64,000 nucleotides of DNA, taken from positions 131,192,001 through 131,256,000 of the forward strand of contig OX597818.1 in assembly GCA_951406725.2 (NCBI GenBank), in the 5' to 3' direction. The notes under the pieces are model-generated. The model saw only the letters and a program-made list of their open reading frames with translations, ran no database searches and was not told where the DNA came from. This DNA is from Octopus vulgaris (taxonomy: Eukaryota). The translations under genes and the position numbers were made by a program. Position 1 is the stretch's first letter. Every line of letters begins with the position of its first letter. Below, piece by piece: positions 24,070 through 38,130 of the stretch.

Positions 24070-24284
24070 TGTGTACAGTGCTCAGGTGCACTACAACTCA
24101 TCTAAAGTGTATATATAATCAGGTGTAGTTTCGGCGGATTTCGGAAAGCATGAGGGCCTTAAAGGATGCAGTGTCATGGCAGTCAACAACTGACGCAGGC
24201 AGTTTATTCCATGCTTCAGCAACTCTGTGCGTGAAAAAATGTTTCCGAAAGTCATGGGAGCTGTGTTGTTTTCTGACTTTGTAA
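24029..24284 (-). mobile_element. CR1-type LINE 3' end, second subfamily
   Basis: Homologous to 18721-19045 (RKHFF..RVAEAWNKLPASVV) with a shorter 3' UTR and (TTA)n tail. Confidence 0.85.
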
Positions 24285-24389
24285 TATAAAAACTTAATCC
24301 ATTTTTACATCCAATCTGATTTATTTATTCTATTTGATGAAATTTATTAAACTTTGGTTTAATAAAATAAGTCTGATATTGACTATTTC

Positions 24390-24808
24390 TTTTTACTCTT
24401 TATTTTTTTTTACTTGTTTCAGTCATTTTACTGTGGCCATGCTGGAGCACCACCTTTAGTCGAGCAAATCGACCCCAGGACTTATTCTTTGGAAGCCTAG
24501 TACTTATTCTATCGGTCTCTTTTGCTGAACTGCTAAGTTACGGGTATGTAAACACACCAGCATCGGTTGTCAAGCAATGTTGGGGGGACAAACACAGACA
24601 CACAAACATATACTCACACATACATATATATATATATACATATATACGACAGATTTCTTTCAGGTTCTGCCTACCAAATCCACTCACAAGGCTTTGGTGG
24701 GCCTGAGGCTATAGTAGAAGACACTCGCCCAAGGTGTCACACAGTGGGACTGAACCCAGAACCATGTGGTGGTAAGCAAGCTACTTACCACACAATCACT
24801 CCTGTGCC
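24390..24808 (-). mobile_element. SINE family B, full length
   Basis: Reverse complement of the family B consensus. Confidence 0.9.
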
Positions 24809-24810
24809 TT

Positions 24811-24845
<35 letters not shown>

Positions 24846-24868
24846 TTATATGTATGTATGAATGTGTG

Positions 24869-25135
24869 TGTTTGGAGTGAACTGACATCCCCACACATGA
24901 CTGTCAGTGGACTGGACAAGTCTTATAGACAGATAAGCTAGTAGACAGTTGATGCCAAACTGTGAGAGTGTTAGTCTCGTTATTGATTCTACATTGGAGT
25001 ATTGGATTGTTGTTGTGTGAACAGTTATAAGATAACCAACTTTTGTTACATTGTTTATTGTTATACAGTTATATTTGGAACTGTGTTATTTTGTTATATG
25101 CACATACGTCATATATCATCACTGATGATATAACA
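24869..25135 (-). mobile_element. Candidate solo LTR
   Basis: Begins TGTT, ends AACA, flanked by gtgtg on both sides (low complexity), AATAAA on the minus strand; sits in the (TG)n tract of a SINE B remnant. Confidence 0.35.
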
Positions 25136-26429
25136 GTGTGTGTGTCTCGGAGTCTGTGTTTGTCCACCATCACTGGTTGACAACTGATGTTTGGCAAAAA
25201 AGATCATTAGAATAAGTACTAGGCTTCAAAAAATAAATCCTATCTTTCTCTCTTTAATTTGTATGCTGGAGCACCGCCTTTAGTTGAGCAAATCGACCCC
25301 GGGACTTATTCTTTGTAAGCCCAGTACTTATTCTATCAGTGCCTTCTACCGAACCGCTAAGTGATGGGGACGTAAACACACCAGCATCGGTTGTCAAGCA
25401 ATGCTAGGGGGACAAACACAGACACACAAACACACACACACATACACACATAAGTAAAAGAAAGAAAGAAAATATCAACAGAGCAAACTTACACAGAGGA
25501 CAAAGACGACAGAAAATTAAAAGGAGAAGGCATGGTGTTACAAATCCAACAGCTGTTTCTGGGGGTCTGGTGTGAAAGTTTTCAGTAGACTAGTGTAATT
25601 TCGACAATATGCATATGTGCATATAATTATTAACAAGTTTATAAATCAAATCTTCACTTGACCAAAAGCTTCTTCTCTAATTTCTACTAATAATCCCCCA
25701 CCCCATTCCTTCTTATTCCCTGTCCTGCTTACAACATTTACTCTTCAACCATTTCCATCAAAACCATTTGTAGTTACTAATTCTTTACCATTTCTCGCAA
25801 TTCTTCATTATTTTCAACTCCCCACAGACTAAGAACAAAGAAAAACTATATTTTCTTTCTTCCTGAAGAAGGAATCAATCCTAAATATTGGAAAATTTTC
25901 TCCGAACAGCATACAAATTAAAGAAAACAACAATAGAAATCAATTTTTTACACAAATATAAGGTTAAAATTGAAATTCATCAAAGGCCAATATAATGCAA
26001 ATTGACATATCGAAAAGTATTTGGCTTCTGAACAATTTCAGTTTCAAATTTAAATATTATACAATGCTTCACTCAAACTACTCTATACTAATCTATCTGT
26101 CTGTATATCTATCTATCTTTGTGGGTGTCTCATTTCCACTGTATCACCTATAAAATATATCCATTGGTTGTTGATGCCTATAGGGTATGTAGTTCTATCT
26201 CAGGTACCAAGACTGCTATAGTCCATAGAAAGACAGCTGATGTGGGTTTACTTTTGTTTATTTTCTTTCTTTATGATATTTGTCATTTAATTTTATCATC
26301 TGTATTGATTGCTTACATTTATGATCGTTGATGAAAAAAGCCATATTTTCACAGACATTTTGTTAGTTCTATCTTTTCACTCTCTTCCCCCAACTCTGTC
26401 ACTCAGTCTGTGTCTGTCTGCCTGTGTGT

Positions 26430-26475
<46 letters not shown>

Positions 26476-27091
26476 ATTTATATAAAATGGGAGGGATACA
26501 GGGATAGATATACAGATGAAAAAAGAAGTAGATAACGTGTGTTTATGTGCCAATTTGTATAATAAGGTTAAGTGCATGAATGACTATGTTTCAAATACAG
26601 AGACAGAGGAGAATGACTAAGTCCATATAAATATGTAAGGCTATAGTCGTGTCTTATGTGTGCCTATATGTATATACATGTGTGTATATGCATCTGTATG
26701 TGTGTGAGTATGTATGTGAATACATACACATCAGATAATGCATATGAAGTTGTGTCAGTGTGAGAGATGGTGTGCATGTATGTTTGTGCAAATGTAATCA
26801 ATGCTATAAGGTTATCACAGGCACTATAGTCATTTTATTTCCTGGATTGCTTTGTTTCCCTCCTCCACCCACTCCTTCACTTCCTCTCACTCTTACCCCT
26901 ACCTTTGCTTTTCTCCCACTATTGCTCATTCTTTTTCTCTTGCTTCTCACTCCACTTCTTTTCAATTCTTTCACTATTTTCCAATCATGCAAACACGCAC
27001 GTACACATATGTATACACAAGAACATGTCATATATATATATATATATCATGTTACACATATGGTATATGCTTATTTATATTACCTAAAATG

Positions 27092-27173
<82 letters not shown>

Positions 27174-27198
27174 TAGATAGATAGATAGATAGATTGAC

Positions 27199-27245
<47 letters not shown>

Positions 27246-27337
27246 GTGTATATTATGTTACATATGATTATATTATGTATGAGAGTGTATCTCTCTCACT
27301 CTCTCTTTCTCTCTATCTCTCTCTCTTTCTCGCTCTT

Positions 27338-27370
<33 letters not shown>

Positions 27371-27750
27371 TTGTACACACACGCACACGCATATGCATGC
27401 ATGTAAGTTTATATATTTTTTTTTTTAAAAATCCCTTTTTAGTTATTAAAATTTTTTTTTCATATTCTTTTCCCCACAATCCCCTCCCTCAATGCTCCGA
27501 GACAAGACAGGACAAAACGATAACATTTCAGTAAATTCTAAAACATTTTTACAAATACAGGACAAAAATAAATAAACAATAAATAAAATTATAAAAAAAA
27601 AAACATGAAGCAAAAAAAAATATATACATATATATATGGGGGTGGGAGGAGGTGGTAATAAAAATTGCAGAAAAAAATTTATTTCAGAAACAATGGAAAC
27701 TAAAAACAATTTTTATGCCAATTTTTCTTGTACATTATTATTATTATCAC

Positions 27751-27792
<42 letters not shown>

Positions 27793-27795
27793 CAC

Positions 27796-27840
<45 letters not shown>

Positions 27841-28901
27841 CATCATCATCGTTATTATTGTTGTTGTTGTTGTTGTTGCCATAATTTTCAATTTAACTAT
27901 TGTGTATATTTTATTTCGTTGTTTCCAATTCATCTCAATCTGCATTTTATTTTGTCTTTTGATGGTAAGATACAGTTGTTTGACTCTGTCACAGCTGCCG
28001 TCCATATTCCAACTAATGCTTTGTGTCTATATTTTATTTTATTTTTATAAGCGAGCGAGAGAGAGAGAGCGAAGGTGGGGGTAAGAAAAGGACGAGAAGA
28101 AATAAGAAAGCGAGGAGCAAAAAGAAGAATAGAAAACTAGGGAGAGAGTAGGGTGGAGAGAGAGATTAAGAAGAGGGCAGAGAGAATGGAAAGCAGAGTA
28201 ACTGAGAGAAAGAGACAAGGGGAAAGATATGAAAAAATGTAAATAAAATATAAAATGACATGAAAAAATGTTTTAAATATATCAAATATTTTTTTAAAAT
28301 CCCTTCCCCACAAACATTAAAATTTCAAAAATTAAAAATAAAAAAATAAAAATATGTATCTATTAAAAATAAACAAATAAATAAATCAATATATAAATAA
28401 GAAACCGCTTTCAGATGTACACATGAATTGGTCCTAAGGATCATTTCAAAGACTTAGAAATTAAAATAAAATATAGTAGACGGAGAAAGAAAGAGATGAT
28501 ATTAAACCAAGCAAGGAGACTAATGTGAAATCTTAAAGACTCATCTCAGTGCTGATTCAATGTCATGTGACTCATAGCCAATAGAATAACTAGTATGTCA
28601 CCAAAGCCACTCAAAATGGAGCAGAAATGGTTAGAATAAAATGAAATTTGAAAATTACAAAAGAAATAAAATAAATGAAAATTTACTTTTTAGTTTTTTT
28701 TGGGTTTTTTTTTTAATGGAGCATCTCCCTCCCAAAAAGAAAAAAAAAAAAATTGGAATGGAGAAGAGAATTTATCAATTTATCAAGAATGAAATTTTAC
28801 AAAAAATAATTACTGAATACTAAGGAGAGGGAAGCAAATAAACATATGGTGAGGAGGTGTAAGAAGGAAATATTTAGAATAACTAAATTCTAAAGTGATA
28901 T

Positions 28902-29288
28902 ACTCTTTACTTGTTTCAGTCATTTGACTGTGGCCATGCTGGAGCACCGCCTTTAGTCGAGCAAATCGACCCCGGAACTTATTCTTTGTAAGCCCAGTAC
29001 TTATTCTATCGGTCTCTTTTTGCCGAACCGCTAAGTGACGGAGACGTAAACACACCAGCATCGGCTGTCAAGCAATGCTAGGGGGACAAACACACACACA
29101 CATATATATACATATACATATATACGACAGGCTTCTTTCAGTTTCCATCTACCAAATCCACTCACAAGGCATTGGTCGGCCCGGGGCTATAGCAGAAGAC
29201 ACTTGCCCAAGATGCCACGCAGTGGGACTGAACCCGGAACCATGTGGTTGGTTAGCAAGCTACTTACCACACAGCCACTCCTGCGCCT
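28902..29288 (-). mobile_element. SINE family B, young full-length copy
   Basis: Retains CpGs; tgatata on both flanks. Confidence 0.9.
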
Positions 29289-29350
29289 GATATAGATAAA
29301 TTTTTTTTTTAAATATTCAGAGATTAAGCAATAATAATAGTAATAACATC

Positions 29351-29558
29351 TTCATATTTTGGCACAAGGCCAGTAATTTCAGAGAAGGGGTAAGTCGATT
29401 ACATTGACCCCAGTACTTGACTGGTACTTATTTCATCGATCCCAAAAGGATGAAAGGCAAGGCTGACCTCGGTAGAATTTGAACCCAGAATGTAAAGATG
29501 GACGAAATGTTGCTAAACATTTTTCTCAATATGCTAACGATTCTACCAGCTCAACACC

Positions 29559-29637
<79 letters not shown>

Positions 29638-30693
29638 TGATAATAATATATTTCTACTATAGGCACAAAGCCTAAAATTTTGAGGGAGGGTGCCAGTCAA
29701 TTAGATCAACCCCAGTATGCAATTAGTACTTAATTTATCAATCCCGAAGGGAAGGATGAAAGGCAAAATCGAACTTGGTGGAATTTGAACTCAGAATGTG
29801 CAGACAGATGAATGTCACTAAGTAAAAATACTGCCAGCTTGTGACCATTAAATATTGGTTTCAAATTTTGATACAAGGTCAGCAATTTCGGGTTTGGGAG
29901 CTAGTTGACTACATTGACCTCAGTGTTCAACTGATACTTGTTTTACCGACCCCAAAATGATGAATGGCAGAGTCGACTTCAGTGGAATTTGAACTCAAAA
30001 TGTACAGCTGAAAGATACACCACTAACAATTCTTCCAACTCACTGCTCTGAATAATAATAATGATGATAATAATACTCTTTTACTCTTTTACTTGTTTCA
30101 GTCATTTGACTGCGGCCATGCTGGAGCACCGCCTTTTAATCGAGCAACTCGACCCCGGCACTTATTCTTTGTAAGCCCAGTACTTATTCTATCGGTCTCT
30201 TTTGCCGAACCGCGAAGTGACGGGGACATAAACACACCAGCATCGGTTGTCAAGCAATGCTAGGGGGACAAACACGGACACACAAACACACACATATATA
30301 TATATATATATATACATATATACGACGGGCTTCTTTCAGTTTCCGTCTACCAAATTCACTCACAAGGCTTTGGTGGGCCCAAGGCTATAGTAGAAGACAC
30401 TTGCCCAAGGTGCCATGCAGTCGGACTGAACCTGGAACCATGTGGTTGGTAAACAAGCTACTTACCACACAGCCACTCCTTCCTACTAAAGGCACAAGGC
30501 CTGAAACTTGAGGGAGGGGGATAGTCAGTTGCATCAACCCCAGTATTCAGTTGGTACTTATTTTATTGGCCATGAAAGGATGAGAGGCACAGTCAATCTC
30601 AGCAGAATTTGAACTCAAGACACAAAGATGGATGAAATGCAGCTAAGTATTTTTTTCCTGGCATGCTAAGAATTCTGCTAGCTCTCCACCTTC

Positions 30694-30737
<44 letters not shown>

Positions 30738-31198
30738 CAATAATTCTTTCTACTGGAGTCAGAAGGCCTCATATTGAGTCGGGGGAGTACTTGATTACAT
30801 CGGTCCAAGTGTTCACTGGTACTTTATTTATCGACCCTGAAAGGATGAAAGGCAAAGTCAACCTCAGCAGAATTTGAACTCAGAATGCAACGATGGACTG
30901 AAAGCTGCCAAGTATTTCGCCAGTTCCAGTGTTATTTTGATGGTATGCACTTCTCCATCACTCAATAATAATAATTATTATTATTATTTCAAATTTTTTG
31001 CTACAAGGGTAGCTTGGGAGAGGTGGGGATGAGTTGATTACATCGACCCCAGTGTTCAACTGATACTTATTTTATCGACCCCAAAAGGATGAAAGGTAAA
31101 GTCGACCTTGGTGGAATTTGAACTCAGAATATGGCGACAGGAGAAATACCGCTGAGCATTTCATCCAGCATGCTAACGATTCTGCCAGCTCACTGCCT
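29351..31198 (-). mobile_element. Cluster of six co-oriented SINE A2 copies mostly separated by (TAA)n, with a SINE B at 30075-30480
   Basis: Copies at ~29351, 29651, 29852, 30481, 30745 and 30988 all contain variants of tcgacccc.aaaggatgaaaggcaaagtc.acctc.g..gaatttgaactca. Confidence 0.85.
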
Positions 31199-31215
31199 CA
31201 ATAATGATAATAATG

Positions 31216-31248
<33 letters not shown>

Positions 31249-31468
31249 GCAACAATAACAATAAGAATAATAATGAGGAGGAGGACGGTGATGATTATGA
31301 TGATGGTGATAATGATGTAACAATAACAAAACCATTGTATGAGAAATTCTTTGTTGCTTTATTCTTTTATTGGTTTCAGTTATTGGAGTGAGGCCATACT
31401 GGAGCAATTGCCTTCAAAGGTTTTACTCAATCATATCAGCAATAAATGTTTCAGTTTGGTGGTATTTT

Positions 31469-31703
31469 CTATTTCTTTACTACCCACAAGGGGCTAAACA
31501 CAGAGAGGACAAACAAGGACAGACAAACGGATTAAGTCGATTATATCGACCCCAGTGCATAACTGGTACTTATTTAATCGACCCTCGAAAGGATGAAAGG
31601 CAAAGTCGACCTCTGCGGAATTTGAACTCAGAACGTAGCGGCAGACGAAATACCACTAAGCATTTCACCCAGCGCGCTAACGTTTCTGCCAGCTCGCCGC
31701 CTT
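31469..31703 (-). mobile_element. SINE family A with 15-bp TSD
   Basis: TSD gtttggtggtatttt at 31454-31468 and 31704-31718. Confidence 0.92.
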
Positions 31704-31864
31704 GTTTGGTGGTATTTTGTCATTTTCTGCTTATTGAATAGGTAAGCTTTCGACAGAAAGGAACACAACTTGGCATAATGATTTAGATCAGAAAACTAGG
31801 AACACAGACACAGGATCACACACACACACACACACATGCTCACACATACATGAATGCATTCAAC

Positions 31865-32281
31865 ATTCATTTTCATCATTTAATGTTTGTCTTCAATGTT
31901 GGAATGGGTTGGATGGTTTGACAGGAGCTGCAAAGCTAGAGGACTGCACTAATCTCCATTGTCTGTTTTGGCATGATTTTTATAGCCAGATGCCCTGCCT
32001 TACTGTCAAACACTTTACAGAGTGGACTGGGTGCTTATTTTACGTGGCACCAGCACCATTTATAAATACATACATGCAAATTTTCACATACACACACATA
32101 CACACAAAGTTTTATTTATAACTTGGTACAATGATTTTTTCAAGTGCAGAAGCCTTTGGGGTTGAAACAATTAGTGTGCAAAAGTTTTGTATTATGTGCT
32201 GAGAATTACATATGAAAGAAGTTCACTTCATCTGAATGACATTCAACAAGGAAAATGCAAAACATATATACTATCATCATT

Positions 32282-32312
<31 letters not shown>

Positions 32313-32560
32313 ACATCATTAAAGTCCATTTTCCATGATGGCATGGGTTGGATGGCTTGGTAGGAGCTGGTATGGCCAGGGGGCCACACCAGGTTTCGTA
32401 GTTTGTTCTTTCTAATTCCAATTGTTCTACAGAGTTTACTGCATGCATTTTATAAGGTGCTAACACCAGTGCCTTTTATTATGCCCTAGCACCAGGGTAT
32501 TTTATGTAGCATCATTACCAGTGCTTTTTATATGACACCAACATCAAAACTTTTTGCATG
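31865..32560 (-). mobile_element. Two diverged family R fragments (~31865-32057 and ~32270-32560)
   Basis: (cat)n-ttaa.gt...catg.tgg.atgggttggatgg signature. Confidence 0.6.
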
Positions 32561-34925
32561 GCATCTTAGTTTTAGGATACCAAGGCCTCACAAGGCTTTG
32601 ATTGGCCCAAGGCTATAGTAGAAGACACTTGCCCCAGGTGCCACACAGTGGGACTGAACCCAGAACCATGTGGTTGGGAAGCAAGCTTCTTACCACACAA
32701 TAAGATAAGGTAACTTTTAAATGCATTATTACAATAATGCATTGAAAGAAAAGTGAGTTTAAAGAAACAAATCAACTTCTTATCCAGACTTTTGTTGTTT
32801 GTTGTTTGTTCCTTCTCGAGCCATGCCTGGCTCATAAGGGCTGGTTTCTTGGTTTCATTGGTGTATAGGTTTCCCACATGGATGGGAAGCTGGTCCATTG
32901 CACCCAGATTTTAGTAATAAAAAAAATAAGTTAAAAATACATCCTTATATGCTTTAAACCAGGCTTCAGCAAAAATTTTATAACTCACATGGCTGAAAAG
33001 TTTTTAGTTAAAAAGATCATAAGTAACAGAAGTTTTTAAATCAAGTCAAAATTAGTCACAGATTTGTGGAAACTTTCGGAGTGTAACGGTGAGGAAATTT
33101 TAGAGGGTGACTTATAACAGCACCTAGGGAGGTGATGTAATGGAAAATGCTTAACAAAGGAAATTTTCTCTGAATTTTAGGTGACATCTTAGGAAATTAC
33201 CGAGGAGACAAAAAAAAAAAAGAAAGTCAAACAGATATTGGCATGCATAAATGGAGTCTTAAAATCCATTTTGTCTATCCTAAATCTATCTTTAGGAATG
33301 AGGATAAAAGGAAACAATATCCTTATCTAGATATAAATTGCACTTGAAAAGCTGATCTGTTAACCAGTTAACATTAACCTGTCAATCATTAAAAACAGTA
33401 CTCCCTATATAAATGGGGCAACGCAATGCTAATAATGCACTGCAGAGAAATACTATACATTAACCAAACTAATGTGTACTATAAACAAAAAGACGAAGAT
33501 AGTATCTAAATGACATTGCAAAAACAATATCAACCTGCCAGTACAACAGTAAAATAGGACATCATCTAACATAATATGAACAGAGTTTCTTCAATTGAAT
33601 ATATGCCATGTGCAACAGATTTGCTTCATCAAGGCTACCCTGACGCAAAATAACATTTTTACAGAGAGATTTCCAAAGTAATGAAAATTTACAAAGGTTT
33701 TTGAAATTGAAACGAAATTTCCAACAAGAAGGATTGTTTGCATTTCCACAATAAGGAAAATTACACAAATATTCATTTATCATTGAAACAGAAGCAAGGT
33801 GGATAATGGTCAGAGTTGATATGAACATTGACTGAATAAATGAATGATATAAGAGAGTGCGATGGAGGTTGGAGAGTAGTGAAAAAACAAATAGTTATAA
33901 TTTTAAAAAAAAATAAAAAATAAACTACAGAAAATTAAAAGCATTTAAAAAAAAAACAAAGTAAAGAAATTAAGGGAGAATATATGGCATACAAAAAGAA
34001 GAGCAGAGGGAGAGAAAAAACAAGCAAAAGTATAGGGATTGTTCTAGAATAAGAATGACAGATAAAACTAGCCATCGTGCATTCTTTATGGAAGAACAGA
34101 ATGAAAGCATCAGTGAAAATAGCCTTTCACACAAAACTGGAAGCAGCAGCAGCAATAACAACAACAACAAATTCTTTTCTAAGAATATAACAAAAATAGG
34201 CGAAAAAGCACAATTAAAAAAAAAAAAGACATTTTATACAAAAAAAAACAAAAAAACTAATAGACAAAGTTTAAAGATTTTGTCTTTAATGAATTGTAAC
34301 AGAGCAGAACTTATGCCATCATATGCCAACACTTACTTAATGGAATTAAATACACCTAATATATTTCTAGCAATTCTAAACAGCAGTAACATAACTCTAG
34401 TTTTAATTGATGAAGTGTTGGGAAATCTTTTTTATATTTGTATTTTTACCAAATTTATTTTGTTATTGTTCTTTTGTCTATATATCTTGGCAATTCTCTT
34501 TTTATTTTGTTTTGTTTGCTTTCTAACCTTAGTTGTTATTGTTTTTACATTTTTATTTGCTTTTTTCTAGTTTTCTATTGTTTCCACTTACTTTTATTTA
34601 TACATTTATGTTATCCAAGCATTTTTTTCTTTCTTTATTTATTAACATATACACTTTTTTGTGTACATTTTAGAAGTTTGATTAGAGCTTCAAGAAGTAG
34701 GTGTTATATATTCAATACAATTTATAGGTTTAAAAATGAATATTGAAATTTTTACAGTTAATATATTTTAGGCAACAAGTTGGCTGCTTGAGTGTGCAAA
34801 GAGAATAATGTTCTTGTTTTTTGTGGGTTTTATTTATTTTCTATTTAAAAAAATTTTATTTTTATATTTTGCTGTTGGCACTTTTTGCTGTTTTCATGTA
34901 TGCATGAGTGTGAATATCTGCATTG

Positions 34926-34957
<32 letters not shown>

Positions 34958-35005
34958 TGTATGTATGTATGTATGTATGTATGTATGTATGTATGTTTCT
35001 ATGTG

Positions 35006-35067
<62 letters not shown>

Positions 35068-35498
35068 CATGCACACACACATACATACATACACACACAT
35101 ATATACACATAGAAATATATATATATGTATGTGCATATGTATGTAGGTATGTATGTATATTTGTGTGTAAGTGTGTGTGTTTGTGTGTATGTCTATATGT
35201 ATGTGTCTATATGTATGTCTGTTTGTATGTATGTGTGTAACTTAGTTTCTGTTCTGAAATATTAATCATCAATAAACAAAATGTCGATATTTTTTTATTA
35301 ATTGATGGCAGAAATTATAAAATGGGGATGTAACATCTGTGGCTGATGTCCAGATTGTTATGGGTTCAATTTTCACAGCAGCACTTGTACCATACTCTCA
35401 GGCTATGGTCCATAAGTTTACTTGCCTCATTTTACCTGACAGACAAAATACCTCTCTTCTACTTCACAGTTGAATGGTTTCATTGTAATATGCAAATA

Positions 35499-35883
35499 GT
35501 GGAGGCGCAATGGCCCAGTGGTTAGGGCAGTGGACTCGCGGTCATAGGATCGCGGTTTCGATTCCCAGACCAGGCGTTGTGAGTGTTTATTGAGCGAAAA
35601 CACCTAAAGCTCCACGAGGCTCTGGCAGGGGATGGTGGTGATCCCTGCTGTACTCTTTCACCACAACTTTCTCTCACTCTTACTTCCTGTTTCTGTTGTA
35701 CCTGTATTTCAAAGGGCCGGCCTTGTCACTCTCTGTGTCACGCTGAATATCCCCGAGAACTACGTTAAGGGTACACGTGTCTGTGGAGTGCTCAGCCACT
35801 TACACATTAATTTCACGAGCAGGCTGTTCCGTTGATCGGATCAACCGGAACCCTCATCGTCGTAACCGACGGAGTGCTTCCAC
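35499..35883 (+). mobile_element. SINE family C, full length, 12-bp TSD
   Basis: tRNA-like head ggcgcaatggcccagtggttaggg...ggtttcgattccc; TSD aatatgcaaata at 35487-35498 and 35884-35895. Confidence 0.88.
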
Positions 35884-36384
35884 AATATGCAAATAATCTG
35901 AGTATAAAAACAAAGGATGCAACAAAAGCTATATGGCTGCAAAAACTGCACTAAAACACTACCACTGCTGCCTTCATTACCACCACCGTCATCATTGTCG
36001 TCATCATCGTCATTTTTATTATCTATACTGCCATGAATTGGACGAGACTCCTTGAGGCGGCATCCTATAGCAGGGTGCCTCTTTTGCTGGCAAGATTTGT
36101 TTACCAAGTGAGGTATTTTGTTCCATGCCTTTAGATGTTTTGTTTTAAGCAGACATAAACAATAAACATATCGTTGCTGCTGAAATGTCAAGGCAAAGAT
36201 ATATGAAGGTAAACACATACAGAGAGGGAGAGTGAGTAGAAGAGGGAGAGAGTGTTCTGCACTGCAATTACGAGCTTTTCAATTATAGCACATTAAAGAA
36301 TACTCTACATTTACACACTGAGTTTTGTAACATATGATTTCTCCGTTTATCAACAGAAAGTATTCTTATTATTATTATCATTAT

Positions 36385-36846
36385 TGCATTTCATCCATCT
36401 TTACACTGTGCATTCAAATTCCACTAAGGCTGACTTTTCCTTTCATCCTTTCAGAGTCAATAGATTAAGTACCAGTGAAACACTGGGGTCGTTGTAATTA
36501 ACTAAGTCCCCTCCCCGCAAAATTTCAGGCCTTGTACCTTTAATAAAAAGGGTTATTGTTTGTCATTGTATTGTCCCCCTCATTCTTCACCCTTGTGGCA
36601 AATAAATGAAATCATTATTATTACTATTATTATTAAGGCAGTGAGCTGGCAGAATTGTTAGCACACTGGATGGAATGCTTTGTGGCATTTAGTCTGTCTT
36701 GACGTTCTGAGCTCAAATTCCGCTGAGGTCAATTTTCATCATTTCGGAGTTGATAGATTATGTACCAGTTGCGAACTGGGGTCAATCTAATCGACTGGCC
36801 CCCTCCCCCAAAATTTCAGGCCTTGTGCTTAGAGTAGAAAAAATTA

Positions 36847-36906
<60 letters not shown>

Positions 36907-37060
36907 TTAGCATGCCAGGGGAAATGCTTAGCAGCATTTCGTCTGTCTACTTTCTAAGTTTAAATTCTGCTGAGGTTGACTTTACCTTTCGTCTTTCCAG
37001 GGTCGATAAAATAAGTACCAGTTGAGCACTGGGGTCAATGTAATCGTCTTATCCTCTCCC
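36385..37060 (+). mobile_element. Three co-oriented SINE A2 copies separated by (TTA)n
   Basis: Copies at ~36385, 36636 and 36908. Confidence 0.8.
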
Positions 37061-37339
37061 TTGACATTCTCACACCAGCATCAGCCATATTGATAATCTC
37101 TATTCTTCAGTATTACTTATTTCAGCAACTCCAGAAGAATGAAATCCAGTGCTGGGATAAATTCTTCAAGATTTCTTCTCTAGGCCAAGGTCGGAACCAT
37201 TTAGTGAGATGATTAGTCAATAACACAAAACACATTTCATTATTTTTTTCTGGTGCTTATTTTATGAACTTCTGAAAAATGGAAAGCAAAACTGACCTTA
37301 ACAAGATTTGAACTCAGAAATTAAAGGACTTTTTATCTT

Positions 37340-37558
37340 TTCGTCTTTTACCTTTTACTTGTTGCAATCATTAGATTGTGGCCATGCTGGGATACTGCCT
37401 TTAAAGATTTTAATCAAATGAATTGAACCCAGTACCTTTTTTCTTTATAGCCTGGTACTAATTCTATCAATCTCTAATCGCTGAACTACTAAGTTACAAG
37501 GACCAATGCTGGTTGTCAAGCTGTGGTAGGCATAAATACAGACACAAAGACACACACT

Positions 37559-37596
<38 letters not shown>

Positions 37597-37925
37597 GGGT
37601 GTAACCGGGTCACTTATGAGTACCCCTCATTCATTGGACAATGAACTTTGCTTGCGAAGACCTCTTGAGGCAAGTGTAAACAAACCAAAATCACTGACGT
37701 GGCCAATGACAGTACTGCCTGATTGGTACTCGTGCCAGTGGAATGCTAAAAGCACATCCAGGACCACGGATTGTCTTCCATGCCAGTGACATGTGAAAAG
37801 CACCATTCGAGCATGATTGTTACCAGCACCGGTCCTCAGTCAAACTGTCCAACCAATGCCAGCATGGAAAGTGGATATTAAACAATGATGATGATGATGA
37901 TTATGATGGTGATATATATTTATAA

Positions 37926-37974
<49 letters not shown>

Positions 37975-38130
37975 AGGCTTCTTTCAGCTTCCATCTTCCA
38001 AATCCACTCACAAAACTTTGGTCAACCTGAGGCTATAGTAGAAGACATTTGCCCAATGTGCTATGCTATGGGATTGAACTTGAATCCATGTGGTTGGGAA
38101 ATAAATTTCTTACCACACAGCCACACCTGC
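37340..38130 (-). mobile_element. Diverged SINE B interrupted in its (TA)n tract by a plus-strand family R 3' end (~37595-37905)
   Basis: SINE B tail half 37340-37560 and head half 37970-38130; the insert ends gccagcatggaaagtggatattaaacaatgatgatg. Confidence 0.7.

Noticed and set aside
27955-28010. Weak hairpin containing tcacagc (miR-2-like seed)
   Set aside because: The stem is too short and irregular for a pre-miRNA, and the rest does not match miR-2 family sequences I know.
34055-34570. 171-aa ORF with a hydrophobic C-terminus
   Set aside because: Built from A-runs and T-rich tracts; no recognisable domain.
35501-35575. tRNA-like sequence (also 51448-51520)
   Set aside because: It has A and B boxes but no complete cloverleaf or acceptor stem, and it continues into a SINE body; called a SINE head, not a tRNA gene.
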